This document shows positions 20,806 to 30,808 of a DNA stretch of 64,000 nucleotides, one piece after another. The position numbers and the translations under genes are program-made. Location of the stretch: the NCBI GenBank assembly GCA_016722285.1, contig JADKGI010000009.1, positions 145,403-209,402 on the forward strand, read 5' to 3'. Under the pieces are notes generated by a model, which did not search any database, was not told the DNA's origin, and saw only the letters and a list, made by a program, of their open reading frames with translations. Origin of the DNA: Saprospiraceae bacterium (GTDB taxonomy: Bacteria; Bacteroidota; Bacteroidia; Chitinophagales; Saprospiraceae). Positions within the stretch are counted from its first letter, which is position 1. The number at the start of each line of letters is the position of its first letter.

Positions 20806-21393
20806 TCATTTCTGTTTGAAATAGGAATATAATTCATCCTGCTGCGGCCTGTCATCAGGTATTTTCCTAAGTGGCTCGCATGGCTTCAGAGTTTCCATAC
20901 ATTCACCAGGTAGCCGTTGATATAACCTGGTGCCTTCGGACTTCCATTTTATCATTTCATCGGATACTTCTTTAATGATTGTGGCCGGATTGCCTACAAT
21001 CAATGACCTTCGGGGAAATTTTTCTGCTGCTTTTATAAAAGTCAATGCACCCAAAATACATTCTTCACCGATTTCCACTTCATCCATGACCACACTGTTC
21101 ATACCAATAAGGCTATTTCTACCTATTATAGCGCCATGTATGATCGCTCCATGTCCTATATGGGCAGCTGCATGCAATATTACTTTTTTACCTGGAAACA
21201 TATGAATGGTACAGTTTTCCTGTACGTTGCATCCATCTTCAATGATGATTTCACCCCAGTCTCCTCTTATTGCAGCACCCGGACCAATATACACATTCTT
21301 ACCTATTATTACATTGCCTGTAACCGTAGCCTGAGGATGAACAAATGACGACTCATTAATGACGGGTATGTATCCATTAAAAGAATAAATCAT
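20806..21393 (-). CDS. gamma-carbonic-anhydrase-like hexapeptide-repeat (LbH) protein, PaaY/CaiE/YrdA family
   Basis: 195 aa; left-handed beta-helix repeats 'VTGNVIIGKNVYIGPGAAIRGD', 'HIGHGAIIHGAIIGRNSLIGMNSVV'. Confidence 0.75.
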   Translation of the reverse strand: MIYSFNGYIPVINESSFVHPQATVTGNVIIGKNVYIGPGAAIRGDWGEIIIEDGCNVQENCTIHMFPGKKVILHAAAHIGHGAIIHGAIIGRNSLIGMNSVVMDEVEIGEECILGALTFIKAAEKFPRRSLIVGNPATIIKEVSDEMIKWKSEGTRLYQRLPGECMETLKPCEPLRKIPDDRPQQDELYSYFKQK

Positions 21394-21890
21394 GAAGTCA
21401 AAGGTAGTGCTTTTTTAAGTTCACGCAATATTTTTAAAGCAGCAGGACATATTAGTGTATTTGCAAGGTTGAGAGATTTCCTTTTTGCATATCCTTTTTC
21501 ATTGGTATGCGGGTATCTTCGACATGCTTCTGGCCTGACTTCATAGATAGTACAGGCATTCTGATTGTTGAGAAATGTACAAGGAACATTTTTTAAGATC
21601 ATTTCTCCATTGAAATCTACAATTACAAATGTTTTTATAAAATTTTTAGCTGAGATACCAAGATAGCGGGATATTCTGAACACATCTTCCTGTATTACCA
21701 ACGGAGGTGTGGTTTTACAGCAATTAGCACATGTCAAACAATCTGTTTCGCTGAAAACTCTATGGTGTATATCTGAAATTAGAGGGAGAATGTTTTCTTC
21801 TTTTTGTGTGCTGATCTGCTTTAAAAATAGCTCATTACTTTTTTTGTCAATCACAGCTTCAGCCAGAAGATCTGAAAATAATGGATCCAT
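21390..21890 (-). CDS. YkgJ family cysteine-cluster protein (UPF0153)
   Basis: 166 aa; 'CLTCANCCKTTPP' CxxCxxCC motif plus distal 'CTIYEVRPEACRRYP'; ATGA overlap with the downstream LbH gene. Confidence 0.75.
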   Translation of the reverse strand: MDPLFSDLLAEAVIDKKSNELFLKQISTQKEENILPLISDIHHRVFSETDCLTCANCCKTTPPLVIQEDVFRISRYLGISAKNFIKTFVIVDFNGEMILKNVPCTFLNNQNACTIYEVRPEACRRYPHTNEKGYAKRKSLNLANTLICPAALKILRELKKALPLTS

Positions 21891-21891
21891 C

Positions 21892-22554
21892 CTATTCGTT
21901 CTGGGTTAACATTATCTCGCTGATATTATTGTATTCCTGTTCCGGAATATGTATCCTTAATATATAATTTCCTTTCGGAAGTTTGTAAGTTGGAATCCAT
22001 TGAGAAGCTGAAGACGTAGTTCTGTCAATTTTTCTTATTTTTTCTTCAATATTGACAATTGTAATAGAGTAGTTTTTGCACAATGGATTATCAATTAGCA
22101 ATAATTGCTGATCTCCGGCATACGTCGGTATCAGATTTAATCCTGATGTATTCTTTTCATATTGTAATAAGAGCGATGTTGTTTTAAAAAAACTATAATC
22201 GTTGTAGTTTTGTTTCCCGATCTTCTCTGATTCATTTAGAATGCGCCAATAATATTCTTTATTTTCTTTGAGACTTTTTATTGTAAATAAATGATCATTC
22301 AATATAGTATCCATGAACATAATCTCAAAATTTTTAGAGCATGAAATCTGAAGTCGCTGATTTGACTTGCCTTGGATATTCTGCCAGTTGAGTTGAAGAT
22401 TTTGGAAATAAACGACCTGATTCTCCTGAGGGTAGATGTATTTTATTTGAGGCAATTTTTTGAAAGTATTTGCAACTCCATAATGAGGAAATAATATACT
22501 GGTACAGCAGATTATTAAACCTGCAATACAAATTTTATTTTGTTTAAAGTACAC
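21892..22554 (-). CDS. hypothetical secreted protein
   Basis: 220 aa, N-terminal signal-like hydrophobic segment, beta-rich; 'YPQENQVVYFQNLQLNWQNIQG...EYYWRI' resembles Ig/Fn3-like N-terminal domains; no family assigned. Confidence 0.45.
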   Translation of the reverse strand: MYFKQNKICIAGLIICCTSILFPHYGVANTFKKLPQIKYIYPQENQVVYFQNLQLNWQNIQGKSNQRLQISCSKNFEIMFMDTILNDHLFTIKSLKENKEYYWRILNESEKIGKQNYNDYSFFKTTSLLLQYEKNTSGLNLIPTYAGDQQLLLIDNPLCKNYSITIVNIEEKIRKIDRTTSSASQWIPTYKLPKGNYILRIHIPEQEYNNISEIMLTQNE

Positions 22555-22789
22555 TTAGACTGCGGCATTAATTACTCATCATAAAGATAGATAAAGTAAT
22601 TTAATATTCAAATATAGGACAAAATATTATTTAATTATGTCACATGTCTGTCTTTAACCTAATTGAGCTGAGAAAGCATTTGAATTTTTAAGTTTCATTT
22701 CTATGTGTGATAATCTGACAGACACATTAATTTTATTTTTGGATAATTCAAATTAGTGCATTAATCCCCAAATTAGGGTAAGCAACAAA

Positions 22790-23740
22790 ACTTTATATTA
22801 GAGTTACCATTGAATTTTCAATAAATTCAGGACTTGTTTTATCCAGTTAGATTAGCGTAAATGATTTTTCTGAATCGAAAAATGAATACATTCCATCATA
22901 ATAAGAACTGTCAGTTTCGGCTAACCACTTCAGAGTATGTTTTTCAGCTTAGTTGGAGTAGTTTTAAATCTCGATGAATCTATTTTTTTTCTTTGCTGAA
23001 TGTATTTTCAAAATTGCGTTAATTCCTGATTAGCCGTAAACTGTAAAAGCCATATAAAAGCAACTTTCTATCAGTCCTGTCCTGTTTAGCCAAACTCTGC
23101 GATTGGATTTTTTATCATAAAACATGGCACATATCAAACAAATCATAAAAGGTACTGTGTACAATCCATCCACCACAGAAATATTGTTGAATGCAACTCG
23201 CTGATATGAAAAAGAAAGCAAAATCCGGGTACCATAATTAATGAAACAATCCAAAATAGGGTAGGTGACCAGACCAAGTGCGAATTAGCATACCCAATCT
23301 ACATAAGTTGCATCCGGAGAATCATATTTATTACGCGTATATCTATTATATATCAATAACACAGAGAGTGCCATAAAAATAATACAAATAGCTCCTTTAT
23401 AATACGAAATACCTCCAATAAATAAAATGGTCATTCCAATTCCACCAGATAACAGCCCTCAACGTATGATTCCAAACTACTTATGATAAGGCAGCTGATA
23501 TATTGTATGAACAAGCCAGGCCAATACAAAGGATAAAATCAAGAGATTAAAGGCAGAATGAGCCGGACCTATGTGAAAGGAAAGCCCATCAATCGGAGAC
23601 ATAAAAATATTTGAAAGGACATCCAGATCCGGTATTGTTCCGGCAATAGCACCCCAAACCATTGCTCTGTTACCTATTTTTTTGCCCAGACATGCTTCTG
23701 CTACCGCCGCACCAAGTACTATCTGGGTGATAGAATCCAT
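22790..23740 (-). pseudogene. membrane-bound metal-dependent hydrolase (YbcI/DUF457-like), decayed by multiple in-frame stops
   Basis: ORFs 23477..23740 and 23030..23254 lie in one frame. My hand translation of that frame from 23740 to about 22790 reads family-like ('MDSITQIVLGAAVAEACLGKKIGNRAMVWGAIAGTIPDLDV', 'YPILDCFINYGTRILL', 'WLAETDSSYYDGMYSFFDS'). It is broken by stops at 23477, 23459, 23285, 23030, 22964, 22949, 22847 and 22793. Confidence 0.65.
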
Positions 23741-23746
23741 GCATTA

Positions 23747-24475
23747 TCAAGTAATTACTGGATGAATATCAAGTTTTGTAATGGCTTTACTTGCAGCAGT
23801 TTGTTCAGCTGATTTCTTGTTAAAGTCCTCAGCTGTTGAAATTTCCTGACCATCAATGATAACACCCACCTTAAAACAATCTCTTTTATCCATCTTAAAT
23901 TTAGCAAGAGTAACAAAATTAACTTCCATGCCATTTTTTTGACACCATTCAAGGAGCTGTGATTTGTGGTTGTCATCTTTAGTCTCAAGATTAATGATAT
24001 CGAGATACTTCATTAAAATATTCCTGATTACATAATTTTTAGTTTTTTCATAACCAAACTCAATGTAAATCGCTCCAACCAAGGCTTCCAGAGCATTACC
24101 AAGCATAGCACTACTCATTTTGCCCATACTATATTCAGAAAGAATGACATCAAGTCCCATGCTATCGGCAATTTCATTCAACGTCTGCCGCTTTACAATT
24201 TTGGATCTCATTTTGGTAAGAAATCCCTCGTCCTTGTTAGGGTATTTTTTAAAAAGATATTCGGCTACGATAGTGGACAAAATAGCATCTCCCAAATACT
24301 CCAATCTTTCATTTGTGGGCTTGCCTGGAGTCTCATTTGTCATCGATTTATGGTAGAATGCTGTTTTAAACAAACTTAGTCTCGCCGGTGTAAAGCCAAG
24401 TATAGGTCTCAGTCGCATTGTGAGATCTTTATCTTCTGAGAAATACAGATTGTAAATTCGGCGTACTATGTCCAA
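23747..24475 (-). CDS. rnc: ribonuclease III
   Basis: 242 aa; RNase III signature 'ERLEYLGDAILSTIVAEYLF', C-terminal dsRNA-binding domain; directly downstream of fabF. Confidence 0.9.
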   Translation of the reverse strand: MDIVRRIYNLYFSEDKDLTMRLRPILGFTPARLSLFKTAFYHKSMTNETPGKPTNERLEYLGDAILSTIVAEYLFKKYPNKDEGFLTKMRSKIVKRQTLNEIADSMGLDVILSEYSMGKMSSAMLGNALEALVGAIYIEFGYEKTKNYVIRNILMKYLDIINLETKDDNHKSQLLEWCQKNGMEVNFVTLAKFKMDKRDCFKVGVIIDGQEISTAEDFNKKSAEQTAASKAITKLDIHPVIT

Positions 24476-24477
24476 AG

Positions 24478-25725
24478 CTAATCTTTAAATCGTTTAACTA
24501 TTAAGGATGCATTATGACCACCAAATCCAAATGTATTGCTCAGCGCAAAATCGATTTTCTTTTCCTGTGCAGTATTAAAGGTAAAATTTAATTTATTATC
24601 AAATTCAGGGTCATCCGTAAAATGATTAATAGTGGGGGGTATAAACCCTTCATTTATTGCAACAACACAAGCAATTGCTTCAATTGCACCGGCACCACCT
24701 AAAAGATGCCCGGTCATGGATTTGGTGCTACTGATATTCAGATTGTAAGCTGAATCACCAAAAACTGCCTGGATAGCCTTTGTTTCAGCAATATCTCCCA
24801 ATGGAGTTGATGTGCCATGTACATTTACATAACCGATATCCGATGCATGGATACCTGCATCTTTAATGGCAAGGCTCATCACATTACGGGCACCTAATCC
24901 TTCCGGATGCGGGGCTGTCATGTGATAGGCATCTGCCGTCATGCCTGCTCCGATTACTTCACCATAGATTGTAGCTCCTCGTTTTCTGGCGTGATCCAGC
25001 TCTTCCAGTATGACACAACCTGCACCTTCACCGAGTACGAAGCCATCTCTATCTTTATCAAATGGCCGACTGGCTGTATCCGGATCGTCATTGCGCTCAG
25101 ACATAGCCTTCATAGCTGAAAATCCACCAACACTTGCTTTGGTAATCGCCGCTTCTGATCCTCCTGTTACCATGATATCGGCTCTACCCATCCTGATATA
25201 ATCAAAGGATGCAATAATAGAATGCGTCGAAGAGGCGCAAGCTGAAACAGTTCCGTAATTAATTCCCCGGAAACCGTATTTTATGGAAATATGACCCGGA
25301 GCTATATCTCCTATCAATTTTGGAATAAGAAACGGGCTGTACCTCGGATCACCTGTCCAATGGGCAGCCTCCGTTATATCGTGTTCAATGGTTTCAAAGC
25401 CGCCAATTCCTGTACCCCATATGACACCTGTTCTGTCCAGGTCGATTTTTTCTAAATCAAGCCCGGAATGAAGGACGGCTTCATCAGCAACGATCATAGC
25501 ATATTGTGCAAAAGGATCGAGCCTTCTGGCTTCTTTTCTATTCATATATTTTTCGACATCAAAATTCTTAAGCTCACAGGCAAATTTTACTTTGAATAAT
25601 GACGCATCAAATTTTGTAATAGGGCCTGCGCCGCTAATTCCAGTTTTTAAGCCTTCAATATAATTAGAATATGTGTTTCCAATGGGTGTAAGAGCTCCTA
25701 TTCCTGTTATTACAACTCGTCTCAT
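24478..25725 (-). CDS. fabF: beta-ketoacyl-ACP synthase II
   Basis: 415 aa; active-site Cys 'GTVSACASSTHSI', 'NVHGTSTPLGD', 'SNTFGFGGHNASLIV'. Confidence 0.95.
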   Translation of the reverse strand: MRRVVITGIGALTPIGNTYSNYIEGLKTGISGAGPITKFDASLFKVKFACELKNFDVEKYMNRKEARRLDPFAQYAMIVADEAVLHSGLDLEKIDLDRTGVIWGTGIGGFETIEHDITEAAHWTGDPRYSPFLIPKLIGDIAPGHISIKYGFRGINYGTVSACASSTHSIIASFDYIRMGRADIMVTGGSEAAITKASVGGFSAMKAMSERNDDPDTASRPFDKDRDGFVLGEGAGCVILEELDHARKRGATIYGEVIGAGMTADAYHMTAPHPEGLGARNVMSLAIKDAGIHASDIGYVNVHGTSTPLGDIAETKAIQAVFGDSAYNLNISSTKSMTGHLLGGAGAIEAIACVVAINEGFIPPTINHFTDDPEFDNKLNFTFNTAQEKKIDFALSNTFGFGGHNASLIVKRFKD

Positions 25726-25791
25726 ATTAAGATTTGTAAGTTCATGGCAAAAATCTATATTTTTTATTTAATAAAATAACCTTTTGCCATA

Positions 25792-25827
25792 TAAAAAAAA
25801 ATCCACAAAAACATATGCTTTTGTGGA
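25792..25827 (-). terminator. rho-independent terminator after acpP
   Basis: On the minus strand: stem tccacaaaa/ttttgtgga (25819-25827 / 25802-25810) followed by a run of at least 9 U (A run 25793-25801 on plus). Confidence 0.8.
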
Positions 25828-25852
25828 CTTCCTTTTCTTTTTGAATTAATCC

Positions 25853-26089
25853 TTATGCTTTGCTCGCTTCGAGAAACTCTACTGCCTGACCTACGGTTTG
25901 GATTTTTTCAGCCTGATCATCAGGTATTGACACATCAAATTCTTTTTCAAACTCCATAATAAGCTCAACGGTGTCCAATGAATCTGCTCCAAGATCATTT
26001 GTGAAGCTGGCTTCGTTCGTTACTTCTGACTCATCAACACCTAATTTGTCGATGATAATTTTTTTTACTTTTTCTGCGATTTGTGACAT
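25853..26089 (-). CDS. acpP: acyl carrier protein
   Basis: ORF 25853..26134; the real start is most likely the internal Met ([12 protein letters not shown]...), giving 78 aa; phosphopantetheine site '[16 protein letters not shown]'. Confidence 0.95.
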   Translation of the reverse strand: MSQIAEKVKKIIIDKLGVDESEVTNEASFTNDLGADSLDTVELIMEFEKEFDVSIPDDQAEKIQTVGQAVEFLEASKA

Positions 26090-26599
26090 TTTAAATAATG
26101 TTTTCTGAATTATGCCGCAAAATAAGGTAATCATTCAGTCTTATACAAATAATTAACACTTTATTTTGATATTACCTGATTTTTTAATATAATTTTATAA
26201 CAAATGGAGTAAAAATATTTCATTTGTATTTCAAGTTAAGCTATGTTAACCTTGGTATTTTTTGCTTTATAGGATGTTTTCTTAAATTTGTTAATCTAAT
26301 TTATTCAGATGAGATCCTCATGGTGCAAACATCACAAACCATTATGATTAAATTATGGGTAGTCCACGTGACCTTTAAAATTAAAATAAATTGAGATTAC
26401 TCCGAAAAGTTTATTTTTGCCACAAAGGAACAAAAACACTAAGAGTCGCAAAGAATAACAAATTTTATAAATTGATATTCAATCCTTTGTGAACCTTTGA
26501 GACTTAGAGACCTTATGAAATTCTTTGTTTTTGCCTTTTTTAAGCGGACTCATAAATTTAAACGCATAATAATTTTTTTAAGAAAAATGGTGCAAAGTA

Positions 26600-26636
26600 T
26601 TGACAAGTTAAATTTATTATCGTAATATTGCAATAT
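26600..26636 (+). promoter_or_regulatory. sigma70-like promoter (TTGACA-N17-TAATAT) overlapping a perfect 12-bp palindrome, candidate ArsR operator
   Basis: TTGACA 26600-26605, TAATAT 26623-26628, palindrome ATATTGCAATAT 26625-26636, 20 nt upstream of the arsR ATG at 26656. Confidence 0.45.
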
Positions 26637-26655
26637 ATAATTTAAAACTATTATT

Positions 26656-26973
26656 ATGGGTGCAACAAAAACTGAGCATTTTACGGACGAACAGAACAGA
26701 ATAGCCTCAATAGCAAAAGCTCTGGGGCATCCTGCCCGTATTGCAATCATGGAGTATCTGGTAAAAACATCTGCATGTATTTGTGGTGATATTGTCAATG
26801 AACTACCTCTATCTCAACCAACAGTTTCACAGCATCTCAAAGAGCTTAAAGAAGCAGGGTTGATAAAAGGGAGTATTGAAGGCACCTCTATTTGCTACTG
26901 TGTCAATGCTGAAGCGTTAAAAATGCTGAGTAACTATTTAGGATTCAAATTTAATTTGGATAAATGCTGCTGA
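26656..26973 (+). CDS. arsR: ArsR/SmtB family metalloregulator
   Basis: 105 aa; winged HTH 'ALGHPARIAIMEYLVKTSACICGDIVNELPLSQPTVSQHLKELKEAGLI' with a CxC metalloid-binding motif; upstream of arsM. Confidence 0.85.
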   Translation: MGATKTEHFTDEQNRIASIAKALGHPARIAIMEYLVKTSACICGDIVNELPLSQPTVSQHLKELKEAGLIKGSIEGTSICYCVNAEALKMLSNYLGFKFNLDKCC

Positions 26974-27016
26974 ACACATTGGAATATTTTTTTCACTATA
27001 AACATTTAAATAACTT

Positions 27017-27856
27017 ATGAAATCGAATCAGGAAATTAAGGATACTGTTATGCAAAAGTATTCTGAAATTGCATTACAGGAAAAATCTGTAAATTTGTCT
27101 TCATGCTGTGGTGCCGGAGGGTGTTCTTCTGAGGTGTATAACATCATGAGTGACGCCTACGACAAACTGGAAGGATACAATCCGGAGGCCGATCTTGGAC
27201 TCGGCTGTGGTCTTCCCACTGAATTTGCTCTAATTGAGAAAGGAAATGTCGTGCTTGATCTAGGAAGTGGTGCCGGAAATGATGCATTTGTCGCTAGAAG
27301 TCTTACAGGACCGGAAGGTAAGGTTATCGGAGTTGATTTTACCGACGCTATGATCAATAAAGCAAGACAAAATTTGGAGAAGTTAGGGTATCACAATGTT
27401 GAATTTAGGGCCGGTGATATCGAAGATTTACCCGTAAACGCTTCCAGTATTGATGTAATTGTGAGCAATTGTGTGTTGAATCTTGTTCCTGATAAGAAAA
27501 AAGCCTTTTCTGAGATGTTCAGAGTCATGAAGGAAGGAGGACACTTTAGTATTTCTGATATTGTACTGAAAGGAACATTGCCAGAAGGCTTACAATCGGC
27601 AGCTGAAATGTATGCCGGATGTGTGGCAGGTGCTATCCTTAAGAGCGAATATCTAAAAATGCTGGAAGAAACAGGTTTTAAAAATATCAAGATCCAAAAA
27701 GAAAAAGCCATAATCGTACCGGTGGACATTCTCGAACAATATCTCAACGTTGAAGATCTGAAAGCTTATCTTGATAATAAAGAGATCATATTCAGCATCA
27801 CTGTATATGGTGAAAAAGCATCTCAAGCATGCTGTTCCGATAGTTGTTGCAGCTAA
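27017..27856 (+). CDS. arsM: arsenite S-adenosylmethionine methyltransferase
   Basis: 279 aa; conserved Cys pairs ('SSCCGAGGC', 'GLGCGLP'), SAM motif 'VLDLGSGAGNDAF', 'IDVIVSNCVLNLVPDKKKAFSEMFRVMKEGGHFSISDIV', Cys-rich tail 'QACCSDSCCS'. Confidence 0.85.
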   Translation: MKSNQEIKDTVMQKYSEIALQEKSVNLSSCCGAGGCSSEVYNIMSDAYDKLEGYNPEADLGLGCGLPTEFALIEKGNVVLDLGSGAGNDAFVARSLTGPEGKVIGVDFTDAMINKARQNLEKLGYHNVEFRAGDIEDLPVNASSIDVIVSNCVLNLVPDKKKAFSEMFRVMKEGGHFSISDIVLKGTLPEGLQSAAEMYAGCVAGAILKSEYLKMLEETGFKNIKIQKEKAIIVPVDILEQYLNVEDLKAYLDNKEIIFSITVYGEKASQACCSDSCCS

Positions 27857-27873
27857 TAAACTTGAAATAAAAT

Positions 27874-27914
27874 AAAGGTTGCTTACCTCTGTTAAATAGA
27901 GATTAGCAACCTTT
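27874..27914. terminator. bidirectional hairpin terminator between convergent arsM and SnoaL-like gene
   Basis: 10-bp stem aaaggttgct/agcaaccttt (27874-27883 / 27905-27914), A/T-rich flanks on both sides. Confidence 0.6.
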
Positions 27915-27962
27915 ATTCAATTTATAATATCTAAACAATTACATCTATAAAAAACGTAATTG

Positions 27963-28499
27963 TTATTTTGCCATGGCTGCCGCTATAGGCGTTCTATCAA
28001 GATATTGAATCACTATATCTATTTTGTCACTGGCATCAAAGTGCAAATCAGTGTGAACCCATTGCGTCATAGATTTGCCTGTTTTATATTTTGCTGTCAC
28101 TTGATACCAACCCAGTAGCCATACTCCCGGAGCCTGCATCTCATTTGCCGGTGTATTTACTTTTACAGGAAGCCAGATATCATAAGCAAAGCTGATAGAA
28201 TCCATAACCTTAGTCCTTCTATTTGTCCAGTATTCTGTTATTGCTGGTTTTCCAACAATACTATCACCGTTATTAAACCGATATATCGCATTATCGGCAT
28301 AACTTTCCATCCATTTTGCAACATCTCCGGCAGACAAAGCATTAATTCCAGCTTTTCCTACGTCAATATATTTGGCATCTGTAATTTCTGCGGGAGCCAC
28401 TGTGGCTGGAGTTTCCGGCATGGCGGCGGCATCATCGGTTTTTGCATTTTTGCATGAAAACAACAACAGGCATAAGGCCAAAGGAATTAATTTAAACAT
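27963..28499 (-). CDS. SnoaL-like/NTF2-fold lipoprotein
   Basis: 178 aa; lipobox 'LLLFSCK'; 'WMESYADNAIYRFNNGDSIVGKPAITEYW' typical of the NTF2-like (SnoaL/DUF4440) fold. Confidence 0.55.
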   Translation of the reverse strand: MFKLIPLALCLLLFSCKNAKTDDAAAMPETPATVAPAEITDAKYIDVGKAGINALSAGDVAKWMESYADNAIYRFNNGDSIVGKPAITEYWTNRRTKVMDSISFAYDIWLPVKVNTPANEMQAPGVWLLGWYQVTAKYKTGKSMTQWVHTDLHFDASDKIDIVIQYLDRTPIAAAMAK

Positions 28500-28773
28500 G
28501 TTTTAATGATTTAAGTGGTTATTAAAAAAAAAAATACATTAATTGTGTCCTAAATAATCAATTTTACAATTACATTTTAATAAAAATGCAAATGTATAAT
28601 ATTAATTCCAAACTATTGCAACTATTTAGTTTAATCTACTAATGAAATATTATTAACCGGAATAAAATAATTCCAAAACATTGATTCTTAAAATATAAGT
28701 ATTATTGCTGTTAAACATTAACATGAGATGTCTGAATCTGCCAAATATCATAAAATCATTTCAATTAAGAATG

Positions 28774-29966
28774 TTATTGAGGGAGTGAAATCTTACCCAT
28801 GCATACTCCAGGCACACCTTGCCGCACACCAAAGTCTATAGGATTTCCAGCAATTGTCTCATTAGCGAGTACTGCAAAAAGGACTGCTTCTTTGGCATCT
28901 CCCATTATGCCTAATTTGTCACTCAGATCAAATGTGCAGTCTGGTAATAGTTCCTGCATTGTTTTGACAAGGAGAGGATTATGTGCGCCACCCCCACTCA
29001 TGTAAATGTGAAAATACTGATTAGCAATTACTGTTCTTATGGCATCGGTAATGGTAACAGCACTTAAGTAATTTAGAGTGGCCATAATGTCCTGGTCGGA
29101 AGTATTGGACAGACCGCATAGCACAATTGTCTCCTCTACAAATTTCATATTAAACACTTCTGGTCCCGTTGTTTTTGGAAAATCAAGTTTGAAAAAATAA
29201 TGATTCTTAAGGGCAGTCAGAAGTTGGTGATTTATACTTCCTTTCTTAGCTAATTCAGCGTTATAATCATAAGGTCGATTGTATTTGTTTTTCATAAATG
29301 CATCCATAAGAGTGTTGCGGCACCGGTGTCAGTAAACAAATACTCTGGAAGCAGCACCGTCACCAGGCAAAAATGTAAAATTTCCAATGCCTCCATATTG
29401 AGCATAATACGATCTTCACCTGACTCAGAGAAGATCAGATAGTCACCATACACTGCAAGTGGCGCACCTTCTCCACCGGCGGCGAGATGTTTCTGCCTGA
29501 AATCACTTATAGTAATTATTCCCGTATTCATGGCAATATGGTCCCCATCTCCAATTTGGAGTGTTGCATTCGGAAATTCTAAAATGCGATGCTGATGTTT
29601 TGGAGAATGCATGACAGTTTGCCCATGACTGGCTATCACATCCACCTGAGATGCATCAATTTTGTGATTTGCCATAAATATTTTCACCATATTTCCATGT
29701 AGCGATCCGATCCACTCATTTAGCATGGAAAGGTAAGGAAAATTGATATTCTCTTTGGCAAATATTTTTCGTATCTTTTCTTTTGTGTCTTCAGAGTAAT
29801 CTATGGTTTCAAAAGCCAGAATTTCGACTTTTGTTTCCAAGCCATGCCCCCATATTTTGCAATACGCCAGATCAAGCCCGTCCAATGAAGTACCGGACAT
29901 CAAGCCAATGATATTTCTATGTTTAGCCCCGGCCATTTTATATAGAGAACTGATATTTCTGTTCAT
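28774..29966 (-). pseudogene. anmK: anhydro-N-acetylmuramic acid kinase, frame interrupted
   Basis: ORFs 29292..29966 and 28774..29307. N-terminus 'IGLMSGTSLDGLDLAYCKI', C-terminus 'MSGGGAHNPLL...GNPIDFGVRQGVPGVCMGKIS'. The expected '...LNMGGIGNFTFLPGDGAASRVFVTDTGAGNTLMDAF...' is only recovered by three 1-nt corrections between 29317 and 29397. Confidence 0.75.
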
Positions 29967-30526
29967 AAAGGTACAATTTGAAAATTCAAAGATAGAAATT
30001 ACTTTTAATTCTAAACTGTTGATTTATTCTCGGATTTTAAAACACTTTTGAATAAAAAAGTCAATTTTAATTGTTGAATGGTATTGGGGGAAATTTTAGA
30101 AAAGATCAATAAAGAAAATTGAATATTTGTTGGTGGAAGTAAGGGAATCATATTCTCAACAGTAGGCAAATTAATTCAGATAGGGCACTCCTTTAGGCGT
30201 TTTTCTGGATTTAATGGTAGGCTAAACGAGCATATTAAACCTGTGTCTCAAAGTATGTAATATAAAAATGCATGATGGAAATAGCCTTATTACTACCTGA
30301 AGTGGTGGATATATTGCTTTACTACCAGAAGCTGCAAGATGAATTTCAGGACACATTCTGCATGAAACCAGCTGCATGTAACTATAAGACGATAAACTAA
30401 TCTTATTCTAATAATGATAAGTATTAAAATCAGATTTCTGATAAATATTATAGAACTGTCTGATAAGTTCTGCAGGATAAGTTGAAATTACCTTTAACAT
30501 CATCTATGCTAAGAGCTTTATCCTAA

Positions 30527-30613
30527 TGGTGCCCGGAGCGGGACTTGAACCCGCACGTCCTAACGAACACATGCCCCTCAAACATGCCTGTCTACCAATT
30601 TCAGCACCCGGGC
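30527..30613 (-). tRNA. tRNA-Leu (anticodon GAG)
   Basis: Reverse complement folds as a cloverleaf: acceptor GCCCGGG/TCCGGGC, anticodon stem CATGT/GCATG with loop TTGAGGG, long variable arm, T-arm GCGGG-TTCAAGT-CCCGC, encoded CCA. Confidence 0.9.
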
Positions 30614-30808
30614 TGTAATTTCAGGGTGCAAAAATAGTGCGTTTTTTCTATTTCCAAAAAAATGAAAGGATTAATAAATAAATTATTACCGACATGATCC
30701 TGTGCCAACATTTTCAAATCAATCAAGAGCTAATTAAATTGCATGAGTTTACTAAAAATATACCTACATTTGTAGGAAATTAAATATTCATATTACTAAC
30801 ATTAACAA

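Noticed and set aside
26550-26798. 82-aa minus-strand ORF overlapping the arsR promoter and 5' end
   Set aside because: It overlaps a well-supported ArsR gene and promoter in antisense and has no recognisable motif.
30272-30400. 42-aa ORF (MMEIALLLPEVVDILLYYQKLQDEFQDTFCMKPAACNYKTIN) near tRNA-Leu
   Set aside because: There is no RBS or promoter evidence and no recognisable family. It is too short to support from sequence alone.
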